The notes under the pieces are model-generated. The model had not been told where the DNA came from. It saw only the letters and a list, made by a program, of their open reading frames with translations, and did not search any database. The position numbers and the translations under genes are program-made. A stretch of DNA of 64,000 nt from assembly GCA_036725345.1 (NCBI GenBank), contig DAIMEJ010000004.1:63735-127734 (forward strand). The letters run 5' to 3'. The DNA comes from Syntrophales bacterium. GTDB taxonomy: Bacteria > Desulfobacterota > Syntrophia > Syntrophales > UBA2192. This document shows positions 39,812-47,873 of this stretch, piece by piece. Each line of letters starts with the position of its first letter. The first letter of the stretch is position 1.

Positions 39812-40481
39812 CATCCGGATCGTGAGAGAATCCATCGCGGAAGCGGCCCTTCGCGCCGGTCGCAAGCCCTCGGATGTCCGTCTGATGGCCGTGACCAAGA
39901 CCGTCGATGACGACCGTATAGTCGAGGTTGTCGAGTGCGGGGTGGACATCATCGGCGAGAATTACGTCCAGGAGGCCAAGAGAAAAATCGATAAGTTGGG
40001 CAAGCGGGTCGAGTGGCACATGATCGGTTACCTCCAGTCCAACAAGGCAAAATACGCCGTCCGCATCTTCGACATGATCCACTCCGTCGACCGGATGAGC
40101 CTGGCGGCGGAACTCAACCGCAGGGCCCAGGCGGCGGGCCGCCCCCTGAAGATCCTCATCGAAGTGAACACCGGCGGCGAGGCCACCAAGAGCGGGGCGC
40201 CGACGGCGGATGTCCGCGGCCTGATTCGGAGCCTCTCTCCCCTGGAGTATCTCTCCGTCCAGGGCCTCATGACCATGGCGCCCTGGTTCGACAACCCCGA
40301 GGACGCCCGTCCTTACTTCCGGATGCTGCGGGAGCTCCGGGACGAAATCAATCACGCGAACATCCCGCACATCGAGATGAAAGAGCTATCCATGGGGATG
40401 ACGGCCGATTACGAGGTGGCCGTCGAGGAGGGTGCCACCATCGTGCGGATCGGAAGGAAGATCTTCGGGGAGAGAATTTGA
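39792..40481 (+). CDS. yggS: YggS-family pyridoxal-phosphate homeostasis protein
   Basis: Start at ATG 39792 (MSDVRNNIRIV), overlapping the maf end. LMAVTKT (PLP Lys), HMIGYLQSNK, LSMGMTADYEVA. Confidence 0.85.
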   Translation: MSDVRNNIRIVRESIAEAALRAGRKPSDVRLMAVTKTVDDDRIVEVVECGVDIIGENYVQEAKRKIDKLGKRVEWHMIGYLQSNKAKYAVRIFDMIHSVDRMSLAAELNRRAQAAGRPLKILIEVNTGGEATKSGAPTADVRGLIRSLSPLEYLSVQGLMTMAPWFDNPEDARPYFRMLRELRDEINHANIPHIEMKELSMGMTADYEVAVEEGATIVRIGRKIFGERI

Positions 40482-40520
40482 GGAATAATGGGGTACTGGG
40501 ATTATGTCATCATTCCCGCG

Positions 40521-41495
40521 TTATGCACCTGTCTTTCCCTTATACAGGAACCGCTCGAAGAACCGGTGGAAGGCCGTCCAGTCCGAGTCGGTATCAGCGG
40601 AACTTTCAATGAACTCATGAAAGGCATTGATCTTGGCGTCCAGGTCGTCCATCATGTGGATGACGAGGGCCTCCACGGTCTTGGGCCTCTTGGGGGAACC
40701 GAACTCCGTCTCGCCGTGATGGCTGACGAGGATGTGCTTGAGCTCCATGGCGAGTGCGGGGGGGAAGCCCTCGATGCCTGCTATCTTGGCATCCAGCATC
40801 TCCACGCTCATGACGATGTGCCCGACGAGCCGCCCCTCGGTGCTGTAATCAATCATGCCGTCAAAATTAAACTCGGCGATCTTGCCGATGTCGTGAAGGA
40901 TCCCGCCGGTGATCAGGAGGTCTCTCCGAATCGTCGGGTAGTGACGCGCCACCATGTCCAGGAGTTTCACCGTTGAGAGCGTGTGCTCCAGGAGGCCGCC
41001 GATGTAAGCGTGGTGAAACCCCTTCGCCGCGGGGGCCTTCTTGAAGCGGCCCACGAAGGCCTCGTCGGCAAAAAAGGCCTCCAGAAGGGTCCTGAGCCAG
41101 GGGTCTTCAATGGTGTCCACGTATCCGGTAAAGGCCTCGAACATCCCCTCGATGTCCTCCCTGGAGACCGGCGAGTAATCCCCGGGATGGATGTCGGCAC
41201 CGTCAACCCTTGAAATTTCCGATACGTTGATCTGAAGCGTGTTCCGGTAACTGACGGCCCGACCCGCGACGTACACCACCTCCCCCCGTTTGAAGAGTTT
41301 CTCAAAGGCGGCGGCATTGTCCCAGATCTTGCCGTCGATGTCGCCCGTCCGGTCGCGAAGACGCAGATTGATGTAAGGCGTTCCCTTCTGCGTGAAGGCC
41401 GTGTTTTTTTCCGTCACCAGGAAGGTGCCCTTAACGATCTCCCCCGCCCTGATGTCCTTCACAAAAAGGTTTTTCGTTTCCGATTTGTCGCGCAT
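40521..41495 (-). CDS. OB-fold plus HD-domain protein (YhaM-like 3'-5' exoribonuclease family)
   Basis: 324 aa. N-terminal OB-fold-like (FLVTEKNTAFTQKGTPYINLRLRDRTGDIDGKIWD) and an HD domain (GGLLEHT...LHDIGK). Confidence 0.65.
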   Translation of the reverse strand: MRDKSETKNLFVKDIRAGEIVKGTFLVTEKNTAFTQKGTPYINLRLRDRTGDIDGKIWDNAAAFEKLFKRGEVVYVAGRAVSYRNTLQINVSEISRVDGADIHPGDYSPVSREDIEGMFEAFTGYVDTIEDPWLRTLLEAFFADEAFVGRFKKAPAAKGFHHAYIGGLLEHTLSTVKLLDMVARHYPTIRRDLLITGGILHDIGKIAEFNFDGMIDYSTEGRLVGHIVMSVEMLDAKIAGIEGFPPALAMELKHILVSHHGETEFGSPKRPKTVEALVIHMMDDLDAKINAFHEFIESSADTDSDWTAFHRFFERFLYKGKTGA

Positions 41496-41570
41496 TTGAT
41501 CCTGTCTCTCCGTTCCTGCCGTCCGGCAGGCCTCAATGAACGGGTCCCCGGGATTCTTCGCCGCGAACCG

Positions 41571-42371
41571 TCAGAACCTGATCCGTTCCGGGTGGGCATA
41601 TATCCTCATTTTACCGTTTCTCACGTAACCGATCAGCGTGATGCCGAACTCTTCAGCCAGGGCGACCGCCCTCGAGGTGGGCGCCGAGTGAGATATGATC
41701 AGTGAAACGCACATGGTGCGAATCTTGTGGATGATCTCAGCGGACACGCGCCCCGTCGTCAGGATAACCTTGTCCTTCGGGGACAGCTCCTTCAGGAGGG
41801 CGTAGCCGCTCAGCATGTCGAGGGTATTGTGTCTCCCGATATCCTCGCGGGCGACGATGATCTTCTGTGGTGTCGCCAGGGCGGAGCAGTGTGTCCCCCG
41901 CGTGGCATCGTGCAGCTCCCCCGAGCGAAGAAGACCGTTCATCAGTCTCAAAACGTTCCGGGGCGTCAGGGCCGGACCGCCGTTTGCCTTCCTCTTCAGG
42001 CCCGTCCCCGCGTCGTCATAGGCGACCACGCCGCGGGCGCCGCTGGAGGCCAGTGTCCGGCCGGCCTTCTTTCCGAGAACCCTGCGACCCTTCCCCGCGG
42101 CGACGCGGACCTCGACCCGGCCGCCGTCTGCCGTAACATCGAGGGCGAGGATGTCTCTCCTGTCTTTCACGACCCCTTCCGAACGCAGGAACCCTGCGGC
42201 GAGTTCCTCCAGATGTTCGCCCGTGCAGGCGACACTGACCACGCGCCTGCCGTTGAGGACGATCTCCACCATGCGTTCCCGTATGACGGCGGCGGACGTT
42301 CTCGAAGCCTCCTTCGTGTCGCAGAGGACCATCCTCACCTTCTCGACGGGGCCGGATGGTTTCTTTTTCAT
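41571..42371 (-). CDS. fdhD: formate dehydrogenase accessory sulfurtransferase FdhD
   Basis: 266 aa. EDIGRHNTLD and GRVSAEI motifs. The start overlaps the selB stop (ATGA). Confidence 0.85.
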   Translation of the reverse strand: MKKKPSGPVEKVRMVLCDTKEASRTSAAVIRERMVEIVLNGRRVVSVACTGEHLEELAAGFLRSEGVVKDRRDILALDVTADGGRVEVRVAAGKGRRVLGKKAGRTLASSGARGVVAYDDAGTGLKRKANGGPALTPRNVLRLMNGLLRSGELHDATRGTHCSALATPQKIIVAREDIGRHNTLDMLSGYALLKELSPKDKVILTTGRVSAEIIHKIRTMCVSLIISHSAPTSRAVALAEEFGITLIGYVRNGKMRIYAHPERIRF

Positions 42372-44287
42372 TTCTCCTTGCGCTCCCTGAGCATACGGTG
42401 ATCACCCACCCGCATGGTGAGCTTGGTCGCGTCAAAATATTCCATGAGCGGTATGATGAACTTGCGGGTAAGCCCCGTGAGATCCTTGAAGGTCGCCGGC
42501 GTCGCCTTGCCGTCTTTCGTGAGAAGCTTCACGTAATCGTTCCTCAGCTGATCCATGGGGTTCCTGTGGAAGTACAGTTCTTCCGTCACCTTCAGGAGAA
42601 TGCCCTCCTTGAGGAGAACGCCGAGGACGCTCTGGACCTCCTCCGGCCTCGAATCGAAGCCCTCCAGGACCTCTTTCACGAGGGGTGGGGTGAGCTTTGC
42701 CTTGAGATAAGTCTGCGCGATCTTCGCCTTCAGTCCTTCCAGTTCACCCTTCAGACTCACCCGGTGACCCGTAAGACGGACGCTTTCTTTCTCGACGGCA
42801 ATACGGCCTTCTTTTTCCAGTTCCTTTGCGGCCATGTTGAAAAGTTTCGCATCAACCTCCCCGGGGAGGATCATGCGGAGCTCCTCTTTCGGCATTCCTT
42901 CCTTCAGGGGGTGTTTGCGGTGATAACCCTCGATCTCGGCGAGGAGCCTTTCTTGAAGGGCCTGGTAGGCGGGATAGGCAACGATCCTCGATCCATCCTT
43001 CTCCGGCAGGATAACCTTCTTTTTCTGGGTGAAGTCCTTGATGATTTTCTGGAGATCCGCCATGGGCATGCCGCTACGAACGGCGAGATCCCGGGCGGAC
43101 AGGCCGGCAGGCCCCGTTCGCGCAATGATGGTTTCGGCCCTCTCGGCGTCACCGCCCGAATGAAGAACCTCCAGTTCCGCCAGAAATTTGTTGATGCCCC
43201 GCTTTTGCTTCCGACCCCGGGGATCGAGGATTTCGCCGCCGCCGATGGTCCTCACCGGGGAATAGCTTCGAATGACGAAGCGGTCCCCCCCCATGACGAC
43301 GACCGGGGACTCCGGAAGCACCTGGGCAAAGGCATTCTCGCCGGGCTCAAGCTCCTCCCGGGTGAAAAGAAGAACCCTCGCGACGATCTCGCTGGTTCCC
43401 GAGTGAAATCTAACCAGGTTTCTCGTCTTGAGCTTCCGCTCGCCCCCGCGCAAATAGTGGAGGTAAACGTCAAGCCGTTGAGAGGGTTCGAAGATCCCCG
43501 GGTGCGTCAGCACCTCCCCCCGCGCGACCGTCTCCTTTTCCACGCCCTGGAGGTTGATGGCCGTCCGCTGCCCCGACTGGGCGGCATCCCGGCTTTCGTT
43601 GTGCACCTGGATCCCCCTGATCTTGGCCTGGATCTGCGAAGGCATGACCTCCACCGTATCCCCGACCTCCACCTTTCCGGAGATGAGGGTTCCCGTGACC
43701 ACGGTGCCGAAACCTTTCATCGTGAAAACCCGATCGATGGGAAGCCGGAAAAGACCCGATTCGCGCCGTTCCTCGAGGAGAGCGGCGGCATCCTCTATCG
43801 CCCGGCGAAGTTCCGGTATACCTCTGCCCGTTACGGCGGAACAGGAGATCAGGGGCGCATCGGCCAGGAAGGTCCCCTTCAGATATTCCCGGATGTCGTC
43901 CGTCACGAGGGACAGCCACTCTTCTTCCACCAAATCGACCTTGGTGATCGCCACGACACCGTGCCGGATGCCGAGAAGCGCGCAGATGTCGAGGTGTTCT
44001 CTCGTCTGCGGCATGATGCCCTCGTCGGCCGCGATGACCATGACGACAAGATCGATCCCCGAGGCCCCCGCGACCATGTTCTTCACGAATTTTTCATGCC
44101 CCGGAACATCGACGACGCTGATCCGCTCGTCGCCGTCCAGGTCAAGGGGCGCAAAACCCAGCTCAATCGTGATCCCCCGCTCCTTTTCCTCCTTGAGACG
44201 ATCGGTGTCCACGCCGGTCAACGCCCTGACCAGGGCCGTTTTCCCATGATCCACATGTCCGGCCGTGCCGAGAACGATATGTTTCAT
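42368..44287 (-). CDS. selB: selenocysteine-specific translation elongation factor SelB
   Basis: Family-like start MKHIVLGTAGHVDHGKT at ATG 44287. G-domain motifs DVPGHEKF and TKVD, EF-Tu-like domains II/III, and a long C-terminal winged-helix extension (~270 aa). Confidence 0.9.
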   Translation of the reverse strand: MKHIVLGTAGHVDHGKTALVRALTGVDTDRLKEEKERGITIELGFAPLDLDGDERISVVDVPGHEKFVKNMVAGASGIDLVVMVIAADEGIMPQTREHLDICALLGIRHGVVAITKVDLVEEEWLSLVTDDIREYLKGTFLADAPLISCSAVTGRGIPELRRAIEDAAALLEERRESGLFRLPIDRVFTMKGFGTVVTGTLISGKVEVGDTVEVMPSQIQAKIRGIQVHNESRDAAQSGQRTAINLQGVEKETVARGEVLTHPGIFEPSQRLDVYLHYLRGGERKLKTRNLVRFHSGTSEIVARVLLFTREELEPGENAFAQVLPESPVVVMGGDRFVIRSYSPVRTIGGGEILDPRGRKQKRGINKFLAELEVLHSGGDAERAETIIARTGPAGLSARDLAVRSGMPMADLQKIIKDFTQKKKVILPEKDGSRIVAYPAYQALQERLLAEIEGYHRKHPLKEGMPKEELRMILPGEVDAKLFNMAAKELEKEGRIAVEKESVRLTGHRVSLKGELEGLKAKIAQTYLKAKLTPPLVKEVLEGFDSRPEEVQSVLGVLLKEGILLKVTEELYFHRNPMDQLRNDYVKLLTKDGKATPATFKDLTGLTRKFIIPLMEYFDATKLTMRVGDHRMLRERKEK

Positions 44288-44504
44288 CCTGCGGTTCTTC
44301 CCGTCCTGAAAGATCACCCGGCCCCCGGCGGACAAGGGGGCTGCCTCCCGCCCTGTTCCACCGCGGTAAACCGGTGTTTCAGAAAAATAACAAAATGGCG
44401 GCATTTAAACAACCATTAAAAAACGAGGAACCCCTGGACAGCCGCCAGAAAGGGGTTGTCAGAAGCGCAGGTCCGTGTTAACAGACCCCCCAACGGTGCA
44501 GGAC

Positions 44505-44939
44505 ATGCGCATTCTTGGTTTGGACTACGGAGAAAAAAAAGTCGGCCTCGCCGTCTCCGACGAGATGGGGATCACCGCCCAGGGTCTTCCCACCCTCGTG
44601 CGAAAGGGCCTGGAGAAAGATCTGGCGGCTCTCGAAAAGGTGATACGGCAGTTCGCCGTTGAAAAGATCGTGATCGGGTACCCGCTGCGACTCGACGGGA
44701 CCGAGGGCATCCAGTGCGGTAAGGTCAACCGCTTCGCCGGCATCCTCGAAAAACGGTTTGCCCTGCCCGTGATCAAGCGGGATGAGACCCTCACGACCAG
44801 CCAGGCCGAGGAGATCCTCTCGGAAGCGAGGGCCAGCCGGAAAAAACGAAAGGCCGCCGTGGACAAGCTCGCCGCCATGATCATCCTGCAGGGTTACCTG
44901 GACCAGGCGAAGACAAAAAGGACCGAGGGCGACGTATGA
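44505..44939 (+). CDS. ruvX: Holliday junction resolvase-like / pre-16S rRNA nuclease RuvX (YqgF)
   Basis: MRILGLDYGEKKVGLAVSD at ATG 44505. 144 aa. Confidence 0.85.
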   Translation: MRILGLDYGEKKVGLAVSDEMGITAQGLPTLVRKGLEKDLAALEKVIRQFAVEKIVIGYPLRLDGTEGIQCGKVNRFAGILEKRFALPVIKRDETLTTSQAEEILSEARASRKKRKAAVDKLAAMIILQGYLDQAKTKRTEGDV

Positions 44940-45949
44940 GATTTCCCGGTAAGAAGATTTTTCCCCGCATCGCGGCGGCGGCTGTTCTTGCCCTCATTCC
45001 AGTATTGATCCTGGTTGGGTACGCCCGGAGCCCCGTCGGGAGGGACATCCCCCTCCGCACGGTTGACATCCCCAGAGGGGCTTCCTTCAGCCACGCGATG
45101 GACATCCTGGAGGCCGAAGGCCTTCTGCGACAGCGGGAACTTTTTCATCTTCTCGCCCTGTTGAGAAACGGAACAAGGCAGATCCGGACGGGGGAATACG
45201 AGTTTTCCGGCGCGATGTCTCCCTCGGAGATTCTGGGAAAACTCATCCGGGGGGAAATCAAGGGCTACCGCATCACGGTGCCTGAGGGTTTCACGGTCCG
45301 GCAGGTCCTCGAACGCCTGCTGGCTTCAAGGCTCGTGGATGAAAAAGAATTTCTGCGTCTCAGCACGGACAGGCAATTTCTCTCGACACTGGGCATCGGG
45401 GGGCGAAGCCTGGAGGGATACCTCTTCCCCGAGACCTATATCCTGGATCGCTCCATGGACACGAGGCACATCATCAAGCTCATGGTGGACCAATTCTGGC
45501 ACCACGTCACACCCTCGATGACAAAGCGATCGGCGGACCTGGGCCTGACGATCGACCAGTTTGTGACCCTCGCCTCCATCATTGAAAAGGAAACCGGTCG
45601 CAAGGAAGAGCTGCCCCTCATCGCGGCCGTTTTCCACAACCGCCTCAAACGGCGCATGCCGCTGCAGAGCGACCCGACGGTGATCTACGGGCTTCCCGAT
45701 TTCGACGGAAACCTCCGGAAGCAGGATCTCCTGACAAAGACACCCTACAACACCTACCTCTTCGTCGGCCTGCCGCCGGGACCCATTGCCAACCCGGGTC
45801 TGGACGCCCTGCAGGCCGCCCTCTACCCCACCGAAGTCGACTACCTCTATTTTGTGTCAAAAAATGACGGTTCCCACCAGTTTTCCGACAACCTCAGTCA
45901 GCACACGAGCGCCGTCAGGACGTATCAGCTCCAGAGGCGAAAACCCTGA
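44936..45949 (+). CDS. mltG: endolytic murein transglycosylase MltG (YceG family)
   Basis: 337 aa. N-terminal TM. EGYLFPETY and ASIIEKE motifs. Confidence 0.85.
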   Translation: MRFPGKKIFPRIAAAAVLALIPVLILVGYARSPVGRDIPLRTVDIPRGASFSHAMDILEAEGLLRQRELFHLLALLRNGTRQIRTGEYEFSGAMSPSEILGKLIRGEIKGYRITVPEGFTVRQVLERLLASRLVDEKEFLRLSTDRQFLSTLGIGGRSLEGYLFPETYILDRSMDTRHIIKLMVDQFWHHVTPSMTKRSADLGLTIDQFVTLASIIEKETGRKEELPLIAAVFHNRLKRRMPLQSDPTVIYGLPDFDGNLRKQDLLTKTPYNTYLFVGLPPGPIANPGLDALQAALYPTEVDYLYFVSKNDGSHQFSDNLSQHTSAVRTYQLQRRKP

Positions 45950-45965
45950 AAAGCTAAAATTTTCC

Positions 45966-45994
45966 TTGACATTGACGGTGGCCGACCCTATAGT
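45966..45994 (+). promoter_or_regulatory. near-consensus sigma70-type promoter of the dcw cluster (Pmra)
   Basis: TTGACA (45966-45971), 17 nt spacer, TATAGT (45989-45994), about 70 nt upstream of mraZ. Confidence 0.6.
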
Positions 45995-46002
45995 CCGGTT
46001 AA

Positions 46003-46027
46003 GTGGAGGAAAGTGGATGGTTGTGGA
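46003..46027 (+). promoter_or_regulatory. candidate MraZ operator: three GTGGA direct repeats at 10-bp spacing
   Basis: GTGGAggaaaGTGGAtggttGTGGA, starting about 9 nt after the -10 box. Architecture (5-nt repeat, 5-nt spacer, three copies) matches the MraZ operator described for E. coli. Confidence 0.55.
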
Positions 46028-46066
46028 GTGCTTATTGCATATTCTTGATATCAGAGGATTTTAGGT

Positions 46067-46513
46067 ATGTCCGTTTTCAGGGGAAGATACTACCACACCA
46101 TCGATGACAAGGGAAGGATTATCTTCCCGGCAAAACTCCGGGAAGTCTTCGCGGAAAAGTATGACAACCGCATGGTCATCACCAACTGGGACGGCTACCT
46201 GATGGTGTTCCCCTATGACGAATGGAGAATCCTGGAAGAGAAGGTCAGCCTGCAATCCCTCCTCAAAAAAGAGGTGCGCGCCTTCCAGCGCTTCTTCATG
46301 TCCGGCGCCGTGGACTGCACTTTCGACAGCCAGGGCAGAATTCTCATTCCGCCGGCGCTTCGGGAATACGCCAAACTGGAAAAAGACATCATCCTTGCGG
46401 GGATGGTGAAGGTCATAGAGATCTGGGGCAAGGAACGCTTCGAGGAGGAAATCGTAAAGTCCGGCGCGAATATAGAGGGTTTCAGCGATTACATGGCCGA
46501 CCTCGGAATCTGA
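46067..46513 (+). CDS. mraZ: transcriptional regulator MraZ
   Basis: 148 aa. [22 protein letters not shown] and a second SpoVT-AbrB repeat, [13 protein letters not shown]. Confidence 0.95.
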   Translation: MSVFRGRYYHTIDDKGRIIFPAKLREVFAEKYDNRMVITNWDGYLMVFPYDEWRILEEKVSLQSLLKKEVRAFQRFFMSGAVDCTFDSQGRILIPPALREYAKLEKDIILAGMVKVIEIWGKERFEEEIVKSGANIEGFSDYMADLGI

Positions 46514-46547
46514 TCCCGCGGGATGCGACCTTTTAATAAAAAGGAAA

Positions 46548-46588
46548 CGCCGGGAAGAAGGGGGAACTCTTCTTTTCATCCCCCGGCG
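46548..46588 (+). other. stem-loop between mraZ and rsmH
   Basis: CGCCGGG-AAGAAG-ggggaact-CTTCTT-ttcatc-CCCGGCG. No U-tract follows. Confidence 0.4.
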
Positions 46589-46601
46589 GCGTTGTGAGGC
46601 G

Positions 46602-47549
46602 ATGAAGACCGCAGGTTCCTTTTTTCACAGGCCGGTCATGGTGCGGGAGGTCCTCGAAGCGCTTCGCTGCCGACCCGGCGGGATTTACGTGGACGGCACG
46701 GTGGGGGGCGGGGGTCACGCCCTGGCGATCCTGAGGGCCTCCTCTCCCGACGGCATCCTCGTGGGGATCGATGAGGATGATGACGCTCTTTCTGAATCCG
46801 AGAAGTCCCTGCAGGCCTTCGGTGAACGAAAGATCCTCGTGAAGGGTAATTTCGCCGAGGTGGATCGAATCCTGGCCGGTCTTCGCATCGGGCCGGTGGA
46901 CGGCCTGCTCCTGGACCTGGGGGTGTCGTCCCATCAGCTCGACACCGTCGAGCGGGGTTTCAGCTTTTCATCCGAGGCTCCCCTCGACATGAGAATGAAC
47001 CGGGACCGCAAAGTCCGCGCTTCCGACCTCGTCAACGGGCTCGCGGAGAAGGAACTCGCGGGGATCATCCGCGAATACGGCGAGGAAATCAAGGCGGCGA
47101 AAATCGCAAGGGCCATTGCGGAAAGGCGAAAGACGGCGCCGCTCGAGACAACGTCTGAACTGGCGTCACTGGTCGCGAAGACCCTCGGGGGCGCCGGCAG
47201 ACGGGGGGGAATCCACCCGGCCACACGGACCTTTCAGGCCCTGCGGATCGCGGTGAATGAAGAACTCAAGAACCTTCACGGGGCGGTTTTCAAAAGCGTC
47301 CCCTGCCTGAAAAAAGGAGGAAGGTTTTCCATCATCTCTTTTCATTCACTCGAAGACCGGATTGTGAAAAACGCCTTCCGCTCACTGGAAAAGGGATGCA
47401 TCTGCCTTTCGGACTTTCCCGTGTGCAGCTGCGGGAGAAATCCGCAGTTGAAGGTTTTGACGAAAAAGCCGGTGAGACCCGCTCCAGAGGAGATAGCAGA
47501 AAACCCGAGATCGCGAAGCGCGAAGCTCAGAACGGCGGAGAGGATTTGA
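46602..47549 (+). CDS. rsmH: 16S rRNA (cytosine1402-N4)-methyltransferase RsmH
   Basis: 315 aa. HRPVMVREVLEAL, DGTVGGGGHA, LLDLGVSSHQLD, SFHSLEDRIVK. Confidence 0.95.
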   Translation: MKTAGSFFHRPVMVREVLEALRCRPGGIYVDGTVGGGGHALAILRASSPDGILVGIDEDDDALSESEKSLQAFGERKILVKGNFAEVDRILAGLRIGPVDGLLLDLGVSSHQLDTVERGFSFSSEAPLDMRMNRDRKVRASDLVNGLAEKELAGIIREYGEEIKAAKIARAIAERRKTAPLETTSELASLVAKTLGGAGRRGGIHPATRTFQALRIAVNEELKNLHGAVFKSVPCLKKGGRFSIISFHSLEDRIVKNAFRSLEKGCICLSDFPVCSCGRNPQLKVLTKKPVRPAPEEIAENPRSRSAKLRTAERI

Positions 47550-47552
47550 GAC

Positions 47553-47873
47553 ATGCCAGTCGTGAAGACGGCCAGGAGCCGCACACACCTGGACACCCGG
47601 GAGGGGGCGGGGTTGAAGGTTTCCAGTTTCATCCTCGCCGTTTGCGTCCTCGTGGCCGCCGCCCTTCTGTACGTCTGGTCTCACCTGAAGAACACGCAGC
47701 TCAAGTACCAGATGGCGGAGGAGATCAGCGTCCGGGACAGCCTCCAGGAAGAGAGTCGGAAGCTGAAGGTCGAAATCGCGACCCTGAAGTCACCGAAACG
47801 CATCGAGGCCATCGCCAGGGATAAACTCAGCATGTCCTATCCGGAAAGGGAGCAGGTTATACAGATAAAATGA
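47553..47873 (+). CDS. ftsL: cell division protein FtsL
   Basis: 106 aa. Single TM followed by a coiled coil. Canonical position between rsmH and ftsI. Confidence 0.75.
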   Translation: MPVVKTARSRTHLDTREGAGLKVSSFILAVCVLVAAALLYVWSHLKNTQLKYQMAEEISVRDSLQEESRKLKVEIATLKSPKRIEAIARDKLSMSYPEREQVIQIK

